64,000 nucleotides of DNA from an uncultured Planctomycetia bacterium (GTDB lineage Bacteria; Planctomycetota; UBA8108), in assembly GCA_964392615.1 (NCBI GenBank), contig CAYMRB010000001.1:7343-71342 (forward strand). Reading direction: 5' to 3'. Below the pieces are notes generated by a model. The model saw nothing but the letters and a program-made list of their open reading frames with translations, was not told the origin of the DNA and did no database searches. Made by a program: the position numbers and the translations under genes. Of this stretch, positions 38,533 through 48,750 are shown in pieces (the stretch's first letter is position 1; each line of letters starts with the position of its first letter).

Positions 38533-40095
38533 ATGGCCTTCATGGTGCGGAACTGGCTACCGTACTGCGTCGCGTGGGTGGCGGCGTGGATCGTCTCGGT
38601 GTCGTTGCTGCTCTGCCTCGGCGGGGAGCGCCGCCACTGGCGCGTCGGTCGCATCGCGACGGGTTTCGGCGGTGCGCTCGTGGCCGCGGCGATCGTCCTT
38701 TGGCTGATCGATTCCGCCGCCAGGGAACGACTCCGACCGCTCGCGACGGGAGCGCAAACGATCCTCGAGGCCGAAGTCGCCGCGGCGCTGGCACGCGGCG
38801 AAAACGCGGCGCCCTGCTACGAGGCGGCGTGGGAGTCGCTCGGCGAGGTCGACGAGTGGCCGAACGGGAACGCGACGCCGCGCGCGGTGCGAGCGTTCTT
38901 CGACGAGCATGCCGGTGCGTTGGCGCGGATGCAGACGTGTGAGGAGCTGCCGGTCTGCGTGTTCCGCACGAAGATCGAGCCGAACGATTTCATGGAGTCC
39001 TTCGGCGATGAGCTCAGCAAGCTCTTCCGTCTCCGAAGCTATCAGCTCGAGCTCGCACGCGAGAAAGCGTACGCCGGCGATCAAGACGGCGCGCTGCGTC
39101 GAATCGAGACGGCACGGCGGCTGTCCGACCAGATCGCCGGCAACCGCGGCGTCATCGTGTCCCTGATCCGCGCGAGACAGAATGCGCAAGAGATGGAGCT
39201 CGCCGAGATCTGGCTGGCGCACCGCGAGGCTGGAGAGGAACCATCGCCGCGCTGGCGGAGGCGAGAGGCGCCCGATTCCCTGGCGGCTTTTCGCAGGGCG
39301 ATGCGCGTCGAAAGCGCACAGCTGCAGCTGCTCCTCGCGACGATGCTGGCCGGCGAGTCGCTCGAGTGGATCGAGGAAGACGCGGGATACGAGCTGAGCG
39401 CGGGAGGGATCGCCGCGACGCGCCTCAATCTGCTCGCGCTCCGCGTCGTCGGAGGAGTCGAGGAGATCCTCGCGATCAAGAGGCGCTTCGACGCGTTCGA
39501 GATCCTGTATCGAGAGGGCGGAATCGACGCCCTCCGTCAACATGCCTTCCTCGGGTCCGGTGGCGATCGGCCAGCGCCGGGCACCGGGTTTCTGTGCGCG
39601 CTGACGAGCATCGCGACGGATAGCCTCTTCAGCTCGTCCGCACTCGGCCCGCTCACTGCCGACCGCCTTGTGCGCGCCGCGTTGGCCGCCCAGCGCTACC
39701 GCGACGAGACCGGCGCCTACCCCGACGACCTCGCGGCCCTGGTGCCGCGGTTTCTCGATTCCGTTCCCGACGATCCGTACGCCGGTGCACCGTTGCGCGG
39801 AGCGAGGCACGGCGACGGATTCATCGTCTTCAGCCTGGGCAGGGAGCACCACGACGAGGTCGGCGTCGACTTCGACGACACCGACCTCGACGCATGCTAC
39901 TTCGATCCCGACGTCGAGGAGCGCCTCACGAGCTGCGGCCCCGCGATCGCGCTCGGCGACGCGTACCGAGCCCGCCACGCGCGGCGCGACGAGGACCACG
40001 CCGCCAAGATTTCGATGGATGCGGAGGCGTACGAGGCGGAGGAGGCGTGGGAGGAGAGGAAGGCGGAGGAGGATGACGACGACGACGAGTTCTGA
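38533..40095 (+). CDS. hypothetical membrane protein with an acidic C-terminal tail (...EERKAEEDDDDDEF); the 5' part is possibly disrupted by a frameshift
   Basis: High GC3 and protein-like composition begin in this frame only from ATG 38533 (MAFMVRNWLPYCVAWVAAWIVSVSLLLCLGG, two TM helices). The preceding 60 codons with coding-like GC3 and two more TM helices (MLYALLWMAGLAAAQFWSAFWLGL..., from ATG 38349) sit in the -1 neighbouring frame. See the finding on the frameshift. Confidence 0.55.
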   Translation: MAFMVRNWLPYCVAWVAAWIVSVSLLLCLGGERRHWRVGRIATGFGGALVAAAIVLWLIDSAARERLRPLATGAQTILEAEVAAALARGENAAPCYEAAWESLGEVDEWPNGNATPRAVRAFFDEHAGALARMQTCEELPVCVFRTKIEPNDFMESFGDELSKLFRLRSYQLELAREKAYAGDQDGALRRIETARRLSDQIAGNRGVIVSLIRARQNAQEMELAEIWLAHREAGEEPSPRWRRREAPDSLAAFRRAMRVESAQLQLLLATMLAGESLEWIEEDAGYELSAGGIAATRLNLLALRVVGGVEEILAIKRRFDAFEILYREGGIDALRQHAFLGSGGDRPAPGTGFLCALTSIATDSLFSSSALGPLTADRLVRAALAAQRYRDETGAYPDDLAALVPRFLDSVPDDPYAGAPLRGARHGDGFIVFSLGREHHDEVGVDFDDTDLDACYFDPDVEERLTSCGPAIALGDAYRARHARRDEDHAAKISMDAEAYEAEEAWEERKAEEDDDDDEF

Positions 40096-40161
40096 GTCGA
40101 GCCCGAACGCTCCCCCGCGGACCGAGTGTCCTCGTGGTGGACGAGTGGCGCAGACTCGATA

Positions 40162-41664
40162 TCAGACGCCCGCTTCGTCGAGCACCTCATCGATGCCGCC
40201 GGGCAGGTAGTTGAGCTCGAACGCGACGTCGAGGATCGTCAGCTGGTTGCGAATGTCGCGAGCGTGCCCCAGCGCGTGACGCGCTTCGTCGCGTCGGACG
40301 CCGATCTGCGACAGCTTCGTCGGGGCTCCGACGCTCTTCAGCAGGCGTCGGATATCCTCGGGCCGCTGCATGCCGAGGGCCATGATCCCCTTGCGCAGGT
40401 GCCGCCAGCGCTCCTTCAGCATCAGAACGCGGTCGACCGCGCCGCCGTACTTGCGTCGCGCGTGCGGAATGACAGCCGCGGCGGCTGCGCCGTGCGCGGC
40501 ACGGACCGTGGGCTCGACCTGCAGCCAACGCGGCGGCTTGCGGAAGGACGGCTTGTCGAGCTTCAGCAAGCGATAGTAGAGCGCTGACGTGATGCAGGCC
40601 GCGACGCCGATGTGCGCGCCGGGGAACGTCGGCTTCCTCGTCTTGCCGAGCTCGCGCATCTGCCAGAGGCTGGCGAGCAGATGCTCGGAACCGCTGGCCG
40701 GGGCATTGCGGCCAGCGACGACCATCGACGTGCCGCTGAGGACGAGCGCGCGGCAAAGCGCCGTGTAAGCCTCCACATCGCCACTCGCAAGACCGGAAGA
40801 CCGCTCGATCGCATCGCCGATCGCGTGCTCGGTCAGTTCGCCCGGCAGGCTGCTGTACCCGTTGCTCTGAAGTCGATCACCGAGCCACCAATCGGCCAGA
40901 CTCAGCGGGCTCGCAATCAGTTCGGCGAGTCCGGCCTGCGCCAACGCGAGGGGAGCTGCGCTTACGATCGAGGTGTCGAGCACGACGGCGCGCGGCGAAC
41001 GCGCGTTCACGACCGTGTTCAGGCCACGCGAGATGATCGTCGCGCAGTCGCTCACATAGCCGTTCGTGCTCGCAGCCGTACCGACGACGACGTACGGAAT
41101 GTCGCAGCGCGACGCGGCGACCTTGACGATATCGTCGATCGTGCCGCTCCCGATCGCGACGAGCCCGCCGACGCGGTTCGGATCCTCAGCGTCGGCGTCT
41201 TCGTCGGAAGCTGCGGAGTCGCCCGTCGCGGGACGAATCGTGTCGCAGAGTCGTTCGACCGTCTCGTCGTCCGCACGGCAGCCATCGAGCAGGATGCGGT
41301 TGCGTTTAGGCTCCGCCGGGAAGCCTTGCGGCAGGAGATCCTCGACCGCCGACCACGTGGCGGCGTCAGCGACGCAGACGACGCGACCGCTCAGCAGCCG
41401 CTCGATCGTCCCCGCCAGCTCCGCGATGGCTCCCGGGCCGACGTGAACCTCTTCCGGAAGGCCGTAGGTGTTCGGCAGGGTGACCGGGCACAGCTGGCTG
41501 AGCCGCGAGTATCGCTCGCGGTCGGGGGCGCGAGCCGGCTCGAGGCGCCGCAGGACGTCGTCGTCGAGATCCAGGTTGAGCCGACGGCGACGGATGACGG
41601 GAATCACCTCCTCCGTCTCTTCTGCGGGGACCTTGGCGACCTCGACTTCAGCTGTGTATTCCAC
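40162..41664 (-). CDS. iron-containing alcohol dehydrogenase superfamily protein, glycerol dehydrogenase / sn-glycerol-1-phosphate dehydrogenase-like (DHQS-like fold)
   Basis: 500 aa. The NAD-binding glycine motif VAIGSGTIDDIVKVAASRCDIPYVVVGTAASTNGYVS is characteristic of the GldA/EgsA/AraM-like subgroup. The antisense ORF 40612..41757 is Arg-rich junk. Confidence 0.7.
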   Translation of the reverse strand: MEYTAEVEVAKVPAEETEEVIPVIRRRRLNLDLDDDVLRRLEPARAPDRERYSRLSQLCPVTLPNTYGLPEEVHVGPGAIAELAGTIERLLSGRVVCVADAATWSAVEDLLPQGFPAEPKRNRILLDGCRADDETVERLCDTIRPATGDSAASDEDADAEDPNRVGGLVAIGSGTIDDIVKVAASRCDIPYVVVGTAASTNGYVSDCATIISRGLNTVVNARSPRAVVLDTSIVSAAPLALAQAGLAELIASPLSLADWWLGDRLQSNGYSSLPGELTEHAIGDAIERSSGLASGDVEAYTALCRALVLSGTSMVVAGRNAPASGSEHLLASLWQMRELGKTRKPTFPGAHIGVAACITSALYYRLLKLDKPSFRKPPRWLQVEPTVRAAHGAAAAAVIPHARRKYGGAVDRVLMLKERWRHLRKGIMALGMQRPEDIRRLLKSVGAPTKLSQIGVRRDEARHALGHARDIRNQLTILDVAFELNYLPGGIDEVLDEAGV

Positions 41665-42049
41665 GACACCGGACCTTTGGGTTGGGATCTTGTCGGCGGG
41701 CGAGATGCCCGGAGATGTGTGCGCCGCGGGCGCGGCAGAACCATCATCGGTCGATAAGCCGCTCGGCTTCAGTGGTTACCGGTTGCGCGGACGCAGAACG
41801 GGAAGTTCGCGGTTCTTATCGGACAGCGCGATCGGAATCGTGCCGCAAAGGGACGGGGGTCGTCGCCAGCTGCGAGGATATCGGAAGGCCGTGAGGCGAT
41901 TCGCTCGTCGCGGTCAGGGCGGCGATCACCTCGGCCGTTCTGCCGGTGTCCTCGCGACCGAACATCCGGCAGAAGGGAAACTACGGCGAACCTCTCGCGA
42001 CGAGTAGACTGGTGTTCGGTCCCTCCCGCTCTTCCCCGAGGCTCGGTCC

Positions 42050-45000
42050 ATGTACTCGCACAAGCTTCTCGTCAGCCTCTGTCTCGCCGTCGTGATCCTC
42101 GGCGGGATCGTGTGGCTCGTCGTCAGTGGTCCCGGCGGATCCGAACCGGGCGACGCGGGCGGCCCTGGCGCGGGCACGGTCGCTTCGAGTGATGCGGCGA
42201 CCGAAGACGCGGCGGACGGACCGGACAAGGCGAAATCCTCCGCCGATGCCGACGCGGTCGCGTCGGAAGACAAGGCGGGAGACGCCGCGCCGCCGCCGGT
42301 TGTCGATGACCGCCCCGTGGCGATCGAGGGCAAGGTCACCGACGCGAAGGGTGCGGGCGTCCCCGACGCGGTCGTCGTGGTGCTCGACCGTTTCGTCTGG
42401 GAGAAAGAGGTGGGAACGGTTCGCCCCGAAATGAACCGCAATCCGTTCGAGGGGCTGCGCAACGTGCACGAGTCGCTCGCCGCCGCCGCCGCACGCATGC
42501 CGCGGTTCGCCACGGACGACGAGGGTGTCTACCGCGTGCGCGGCCTCGACGACGGCGACTACCGCGTCTTCGTCAGTCACGGCGACTTCCTGCCGCACCG
42601 CGAAGACCACTGGGTCGCCGTTGTCGCCGAGACGACCGCGCGGTACGACGTCGAGCTCGTTGCCGGGCACGCGATTACCGGGCAGGTGTTCGATCCGGGA
42701 GGAGATCCGCTGCCGATGGCGGCCGTTACCGTACGGCCGACCGAGATCGCCGGATTGCGCGGCATCGGCAAGATGGTGCAGACCGCGATCGAGGCCACCG
42801 GCGGCGACTCGCTCGCCGGTCGCGACGCCGTCGTCACCGGCGAGGACGGCAAGTTCCGCGTCTCGTCGCTCGAGCCTCGCGTCTACGACATCCGCGTCGA
42901 ACTCGACGGCTACGCGTGGGGCGAGGTGCGCAAGGTGCCCGCCGGCACGAACGACGTGCGTCTCGTGCTGAAGCCGGCGGCGCGCGTTTACGGACGCGTG
43001 CTCTCGCCGAAACGCGAGCCGCTGCCCCGGGTCGAAGTCGTCCTCGCACAGCCGGAGCTGGACTTCCGACGCATGCGAAACCCGATGGCGATGGCGATGG
43101 CCGATTTCGACATCCTCGGCGAAAAGACGCGGCGGACGACGACCGAGGAGGACGGGTCGTTCCACCTCGACGCCTTCCGCGACGGCAGCTACGAGTTCGT
43201 CGTCCGCGCGGATGACTATCCGACCTATCAGCAGCGCGTGAAGTTCGCGGGCGAGACAATCGACGCGGGCGATATCGTCCTCGAAAGCGCGTATCCGATC
43301 ACCGGCCGCGTGCTCGACGAGGGCGGCAGGTCGGTCGCCGGAGCGAAGGTGCGCGCGGTCGGCGCGGAGATTCGCGAGGGCGGAGCTCGCGGCGGACCGG
43401 GTGGCGCCCCGCCGGCCAACAAGGGCAGGACGGACGAGGACGTGACCGACGACGACGGTCGCTTCCGCCTCGCGCGTCTCGAAGCGGGAGCGTACAGCCT
43501 GTCCATCGACGCGGCCGGGTTCGTCCGGCTGACTACGAACGTCGAAGCCGACGACGGGCCGGTCACGCTCACTCTGAGGGTCGGCACCACGATCGCCGGT
43601 CGAGTCGTCGACAGCGAGACGCAGGAGCCCGTCGCGGGGGCCCGCGTGAAGAAGAGCTGGGAAGCACGTAATGCGTTTGAATCCGACGACGACGGTCGTT
43701 TCGAGCTCAGCGGAGTCGACCTCGGCAACGCTCCCGACGCGCGCGTGCAGCTCATCGTCGAGCACGACGAGTACGCGCGAGAGTTCTGCAATCTGCAACG
43801 CTCCGAGCTCGAGGATCTCGTCATCCGGCTGAAGGCGCGCAAGGGCATCGAGGGCGTCGTCCGAGACGATCGCGGCGAAACGGTCCGCGGCGCGCGCGTG
43901 TCGATCGAGATCCCCGGCTTCCCGACCGCGATCATGAACTTGAGCCCTCAGGGCAGCCCCGGCGAGTCGTTCACGAACGAGGCCGGCGAGTTCTTCCTGG
44001 TCGCGCCGCAGATGGGAGGCGATGCCAACTTCGAGGTCGTCGCGAAGTACCCCGGCTTCGCGACCGCGCGATTCGGCCCTCTGAAGGCGAGGGAATCGAT
44101 ACCGTTCGTCGAGATCCAGCTATCGAAGGGCAGCTCGATCGAAGGCTTCGTGACCGATCTCGACGGCAAGCCGATCGCCGGCGCCCAGGTCCGTGCGCGT
44201 CGCAACGTCGAGCTCTCCGGTGAAGCGCTGATCTTCGCCACCATGTTGCCGATGCCGATCGGCGAGGTCGCGTACTCGCGAGAGGATGGCAAGTACCGGC
44301 TCCGCGGCATCGAACCCGGAACATATCGCATCGATGCGCGCGCGATCGGATACGCGAAGAAGGCGATCTCGCCGGTTGAGGTCGGCGAGGGCCCCGCTCC
44401 ACTCGATATCACTCTCGACCCCGGTGGCGTCATCACCGGTCGCGTCGTCGATCTCGACGGCGAGCCGCTCACCGGAGTCGAGGTCGTCGCGTTCCTCCGG
44501 TTCGAGGGAAGCGACCCCACGGGTCCCGGTGCGGACATCGAGCGGCGGATGATCCAGCTCGGCGGCGTCGGCAATGCGTCGACGAAGACGGGCGACGACG
44601 GACGATTCGAGCTCACGCAGCTTCCGGAGGGCTCGTTCCGCGTCGTCGCACGCGCTCCGCGTCACGAGCCCGCGACGACGGACGATGCGCAGGCTGGCGA
44701 TGACGTGTCGGATCTGGTGTTGGCGCCCTTCTGCAGCCTCCGAGGCATCGTCATCGATGCCGCCACGGGCGCGCCGGTGCCGCGCTTCCAGGTGCGCCTG
44801 GGCGAGCGGCTCGAGGAAGGCACGGGCGACTTCCGCGAGCGCTGGGAGTTCCGGCGTCGCGTCGACGACGCGCAGGGTGTGTTCGCATACGCCGAGGTGC
44901 CGCAACGGGAGTATCGCGGCTCGGTCCGCGCCGACGCCTACATGATGGCGCGCCAGATCGTCCGCCTCGAGCCGGGCGAAGAGCGCGAGCTGCGCATCGA

Positions 45001-45643
45001 GCTGACGCCGGGGTGGCGCATCACCGGAGCGGTCACGGACGCGAACAGCGGCGCGCCGATCCAAGGCGCCAAGCTGTGGATCCACCGCCGACAGCAGGCG
45101 GGAGACGAGACTCGACAGTCCTGGTGGGAGCGGCGACGCGACCGGACCAGCGACGAGGCGGGCGAGTTCTCGTTCGGAGGGCTCGACGAGGGCAAGTACT
45201 CGGTGTCGGCGCAGCACCCGGATTGGTACTTCGACGGCAACCCCAGGACGCTCGAGTTCGAGGCGCCGTTCGACCGGCCGGTCGTCATCAACATCCCGAT
45301 GCGCCCCGCAGGCCGCCTGAGAGGACAGATCAGCAACCTTCGCGCGTTCGACTCGCGACGCTCGGGGTATCGTCTGGGGCTGAAGCGCTACTCGAACGAA
45401 GACCGCGGCGACGAGGCGGAGCCGAAGTTCAACTGGTCGACGTCGACCATGCTCCGACCCGACGGCAGCTACGAGGCCACCGGACTGCGCCCCGGGCGCT
45501 ACCGCGTCCAGCTCGCCTTCCAGGTGTGGAGGCCCGCCGAGGACAAGGGAGGAGCGGACACGCCGCCGGCCGGGCCCGACACGATCGGCGACGTCGAGAT
45601 CCGCGTCGGCGAAACGCAGAGGTTCGACGCGGCAGCGCCGTGA
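42050..45643 (+). CDS. membrane-anchored protein made of about 10 carboxypeptidase-regulatory-like (CarboxypepD_reg / transthyretin-like) beta-sandwich repeats
   Basis: N-terminal signal anchor MYSHKLLVSLCLAVVILGGIVWLVV. The recurring unit is ...G.V.D..G.P..GA.V......TD.DG.FR...L..G.Y.... (for example ITGRVLDEGGRSVAGAKVRAV...TDDDGRFRLARLEAGAYSL). The antisense ORFs 41981..43798 and 44120..48139 are junk. Confidence 0.8.
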   Translation: MYSHKLLVSLCLAVVILGGIVWLVVSGPGGSEPGDAGGPGAGTVASSDAATEDAADGPDKAKSSADADAVASEDKAGDAAPPPVVDDRPVAIEGKVTDAKGAGVPDAVVVVLDRFVWEKEVGTVRPEMNRNPFEGLRNVHESLAAAAARMPRFATDDEGVYRVRGLDDGDYRVFVSHGDFLPHREDHWVAVVAETTARYDVELVAGHAITGQVFDPGGDPLPMAAVTVRPTEIAGLRGIGKMVQTAIEATGGDSLAGRDAVVTGEDGKFRVSSLEPRVYDIRVELDGYAWGEVRKVPAGTNDVRLVLKPAARVYGRVLSPKREPLPRVEVVLAQPELDFRRMRNPMAMAMADFDILGEKTRRTTTEEDGSFHLDAFRDGSYEFVVRADDYPTYQQRVKFAGETIDAGDIVLESAYPITGRVLDEGGRSVAGAKVRAVGAEIREGGARGGPGGAPPANKGRTDEDVTDDDGRFRLARLEAGAYSLSIDAAGFVRLTTNVEADDGPVTLTLRVGTTIAGRVVDSETQEPVAGARVKKSWEARNAFESDDDGRFELSGVDLGNAPDARVQLIVEHDEYAREFCNLQRSELEDLVIRLKARKGIEGVVRDDRGETVRGARVSIEIPGFPTAIMNLSPQGSPGESFTNEAGEFFLVAPQMGGDANFEVVAKYPGFATARFGPLKARESIPFVEIQLSKGSSIEGFVTDLDGKPIAGAQVRARRNVELSGEALIFATMLPMPIGEVAYSREDGKYRLRGIEPGTYRIDARAIGYAKKAISPVEVGEGPAPLDITLDPGGVITGRVVDLDGEPLTGVEVVAFLRFEGSDPTGPGADIERRMIQLGGVGNASTKTGDDGRFELTQLPEGSFRVVARAPRHEPATTDDAQAGDDVSDLVLAPFCSLRGIVIDAATGAPVPRFQVRLGERLEEGTGDFRERWEFRRRVDDAQGVFAYAEVPQREYRGSVRADAYMMARQIVRLEPGEERELRIELTPGWRITGAVTDANSGAPIQGAKLWIHRRQQAGDETRQSWWERRRDRTSDEAGEFSFGGLDEGKYSVSAQHPDWYFDGNPRTLEFEAPFDRPVVINIPMRPAGRLRGQISNLRAFDSRRSGYRLGLKRYSNEDRGDEAEPKFNWSTSTMLRPDGSYEATGLRPGRYRVQLAFQVWRPAEDKGGADTPPAGPDTIGDVEIRVGETQRFDAAAP

Positions 45644-45664
45644 CGGACGTGATACGCTGCCGAC

Positions 45665-48646
45665 ATGATCGGCACGCGGCCCCTTCGCTGTCTCCGCAAC
45701 ACCGCCCGGTTCGTCGTCGGAGCGTTCGCTCTGCTCGCGGCCGAGCTCGTCTCGGCGCAGCCGGCCTTTCCTCCCACGCTTCCCGGTGGCCTCAGCGTCG
45801 TCCGAGATACGTCGCCGCGGTTTCTGTCGGCGCCGGACGCGATTCGAAGCGACGTCGACGTCGCGACGACACCACCGACCGTCGACTTCCTCTATCTGCC
45901 GCAGCAGACCTGCCCGGGCAACCCGTGGTCGGTCTGGGGTGACGGACTCGCGGTCGGCGATCTCTACTTCACCTCGATCGGCGACCACCGCGGACCGGAG
46001 GGCAACGCGTTCGTCTTCGAGTACGACGCCGCGAAGCGTTCGATCCGCACGCTCGTCGACCTGCGCGCCACGCTGAAGCTGCCGGCAGGCCACTACACGC
46101 CCGGGAAGATCCACGGCCGCCTCGACCTCGGCGTCGACGGCTGGCTCTACTTCTCGACGCACCGCGGCTCGACGCGCGTCACGAACGATCGCTACCACTA
46201 CCGCGGCGATTGGATTCTGCGCCACCGTCCATCGACCGGACGCACCGAGGTGGTCGCCCACGCGCCCGTCGGCAAGCAGTGCATTCCCGCGAGCGTCCTC
46301 GATTCGCAGCGGCGAATCTTCTACGGCGGCACGGCAGCCGGCGACTTCGCCGACAAGCGCGTCCTGTTCTTCGCCTGGGACGTCGGTCGACGCGAGCTCC
46401 TGTACTCGGGCTACGACGGGCCGAGCCGCTATCTGATTCTCGCGCGCTCCGGGAAGGTCTACTGGGTCGGGAACGAGAGCGGCAAGCTGCGTCGGTGGGA
46501 TCCCGACACCGGCGGCGAGCCGGTCGCGCTCGCTGGCGAGATCGGTCTGCGCGCTGCCACGCGGGAGTCGCCACAGGGCGTCGTCTACACCGTCTCGCGC
46601 GACGGCCAGCTCTACGCGTTCGACGCGCGCAGCGAGAGGGTCCGCGCGCTCGGCTCGGCGGTCGTGGGCACGCAGAGCTACATCACGTCGATCGACGTCG
46701 ATCCGACCGGACGCTGGCTGTACTACACGCCAGGTGCCCACGGCGGCGGCGAGCGTGATGGCGCGCCGGTTGTGCAATTCGACGTGACGACACGGCGCAA
46801 GAAGATCATCGCCTTCCTGCATCCGTTCTATCGCGACGCGTACGGCTACACGCCGCTGGGCACGTTCGGCTCGGCGGTCGGGCCGCGCGGTGAACGCGTA
46901 TTCATCACGTGGAACGGCAACCGAGGCGGCCCCGATCGTCGCGGACGGCTGCAGTTCGACACGTGCGCGCTCACGGTCATCCACGTCCCGACAGTCGAGC
47001 GCGGCGCCGCTGAGATCGACGAAGCGCATCGCAGGACGGCTCCGACACCATCGCGACCTCCGCTCGAGTTTCGCGACGTCTGGCCGACGCTCGAGCCGAC
47101 GCAGTTTCAGCGCGGCATGATGGGGCACGCCGCCGCGTGGGGCGATGTCGACGGTGACGGGCGGGTCGATCTTTTCGTCGGGACGTTCGCGGATCGCCCC
47201 GCGGCGGTGTACCGAGAGGGCGGCGCGGCGGGACCGGTGCCGAATCACCTCTTCCTGAACCGGGGCGACCGATTCGTGCCGGCCGGCTCCGAGACGGTCG
47301 CGTGGCACGGCCGCGCGTCGGGCTGTGTTCTCGCCGATCTCGACAACGACGGCGATGCGGACCTCTACGTGACGAACAACGGTCGCCTCGGCGCGGCGAA
47401 CCGCCTGTGGCGCAACGACGGCGGCCGCTTCACCGACGTCACCGATCGGGCCGGAGCGCCGATCTCGGAGCCGGAGTTCGCGCGCAGCGCGACGGCGGCG
47501 GACTTCGATGGCGACGGAGTGCTCGACCTGGTCGTCGTCGCGACGGTCGGGAAGAGCGAGACTCGGTTCTTTCGCGGTCGCGGCGACCTGCGCTACGAAG
47601 CGTCGAACGCGATTCCGGGAGACGCCTGCGGCCTCGGCGTCGCCGCAGCGGATCTCACGGACGATACGTGGCCGGATCTCCTCGTCGCCGGATCGAATCG
47701 GCTCTTCGTCAATCGCGGCGACGGGAGCTTTCGCGAAGCGGAGGAGTTCGGCTTCCGCGAGCAGCTCGTCGCGGAAGACCGCGCGCGTTCGTGCGGTGTC
47801 GCGATCGGCGACTTCGATCGCGACGGACACCAGGACATCGTCATCGGTCACCACACGAAGCGACCGTGGGCCGAACCGGTCGCGGTGCGTCTGCTGCGCA
47901 ACGCAGGGTCGACACGTGCTCGAGTGCGGTTCGACGACGTGACCGAACGCGTCGGCATCGGCGCGATTCCGATGCGCGCGCCGCACGTCGAGCTGCGCGA
48001 TTTCGACAACGACGGCTGGCCCGACGTGTGGGCGTCGGCCGCGACGTTCCGGGACGGCCGCATCCATCCGGCGATCTGGCGCAGCACGGGTGCGACGCGC
48101 GGTCGCCTGCCGCGTTTCGAGGATACGGCCTTCGTCCACCGTCGCGACTTCCCCGACGCCGACGACTATCGCGCCGGCGAACGGACGGCCAGCTTCTACG
48201 AGCGCCTGGTCGCCAAGCGCAAAGCGATGTACTGGGCGCCGGGCCCGTCAGCGGACTTCGACGGCGACGGACGGCTCGACCTGTACCTCGCGAGCTGGTG
48301 GTCGAAGCTGCCATCGTTCCTCTTGCGCAACGAGACACGGGTCGATCGCACGCACCATTGGCTCGCCGTGCGCGTCACCGCGACGCGGCGCGGCGCGAAT
48401 CGGTCCGGCATCGGCAGCGTCGTTCGAGCCTATCGCGTCGGCGAAGCCGGCGACGCGCGCGCGCTCCTCGCGTCGGAGGCGATCGCGACGGCCGAGGGCT
48501 ACACGTCCGCTCGGCCGGCCATCGCTCACCTCGGGCTCGCGGGACATGCGCGCTGCGATATCGTGGTCACGCTGCCTTGCGGGAAAGGGAAGGTCGTGCG
48601 GTCGGATGTCGCGGTCGACCGCGTGCTCGAGGTCGTCGTCGACTGA
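45665..48646 (+). CDS. CRTAC1-family protein: N-terminal beta-propeller plus FG-GAP repeats plus a C-terminal ASPIC/UnbV domain
   Basis: Signal peptide FVVGAFALLAAELVSAQP. FG-GAP/VCBS motifs are present (GDVDGDGRVDLFVG, ADLDNDGDADLYVTNNG, ADFDGDGVLDLVVV, GDFDRDGHQDIVIG, ADFDGDGRLDLYLASWW). The UnbV_ASPIC-type C-terminus is RSGIGSVVRAY...ARPAIAHLGLAGHARCDIVVTLPCG. It starts 21 bp after the upstream gene. Confidence 0.85.
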   Translation: MIGTRPLRCLRNTARFVVGAFALLAAELVSAQPAFPPTLPGGLSVVRDTSPRFLSAPDAIRSDVDVATTPPTVDFLYLPQQTCPGNPWSVWGDGLAVGDLYFTSIGDHRGPEGNAFVFEYDAAKRSIRTLVDLRATLKLPAGHYTPGKIHGRLDLGVDGWLYFSTHRGSTRVTNDRYHYRGDWILRHRPSTGRTEVVAHAPVGKQCIPASVLDSQRRIFYGGTAAGDFADKRVLFFAWDVGRRELLYSGYDGPSRYLILARSGKVYWVGNESGKLRRWDPDTGGEPVALAGEIGLRAATRESPQGVVYTVSRDGQLYAFDARSERVRALGSAVVGTQSYITSIDVDPTGRWLYYTPGAHGGGERDGAPVVQFDVTTRRKKIIAFLHPFYRDAYGYTPLGTFGSAVGPRGERVFITWNGNRGGPDRRGRLQFDTCALTVIHVPTVERGAAEIDEAHRRTAPTPSRPPLEFRDVWPTLEPTQFQRGMMGHAAAWGDVDGDGRVDLFVGTFADRPAAVYREGGAAGPVPNHLFLNRGDRFVPAGSETVAWHGRASGCVLADLDNDGDADLYVTNNGRLGAANRLWRNDGGRFTDVTDRAGAPISEPEFARSATAADFDGDGVLDLVVVATVGKSETRFFRGRGDLRYEASNAIPGDACGLGVAAADLTDDTWPDLLVAGSNRLFVNRGDGSFREAEEFGFREQLVAEDRARSCGVAIGDFDRDGHQDIVIGHHTKRPWAEPVAVRLLRNAGSTRARVRFDDVTERVGIGAIPMRAPHVELRDFDNDGWPDVWASAATFRDGRIHPAIWRSTGATRGRLPRFEDTAFVHRRDFPDADDYRAGERTASFYERLVAKRKAMYWAPGPSADFDGDGRLDLYLASWWSKLPSFLLRNETRVDRTHHWLAVRVTATRRGANRSGIGSVVRAYRVGEAGDARALLASEAIATAEGYTSARPAIAHLGLAGHARCDIVVTLPCGKGKVVRSDVAVDRVLEVVVD

Positions 48647-48750
48647 GAGCTGCCGACCCCGCGCACGACCGACCACTTCATCTCCGGTCCCCGTCGGGAT
48701 AGAACTGAGGTGCGGTCGATGCTCTCGCTCGCTACGCGAGTGCACTCGAC

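Noticed and set aside
38557-39999. 480-aa minus-strand ORF
   Set aside because: Antisense to the membrane-protein gene; Arg/Ala-rich.
40612-41757. 381-aa plus-strand ORF over the Fe-ADH gene; 40187..40756(-)
   Set aside because: Shadow ORFs. The minus-strand frame has the glycerol-dehydrogenase-type GSGTIDDIVK motif.
41981-48139. Minus-strand ORFs 41981..43798 (605 aa) and 44120..48139 (1339 aa)
   Set aside because: Antisense to the CarboxypepD_reg-repeat and CRTAC1-like genes. Low GC3 and junk composition.
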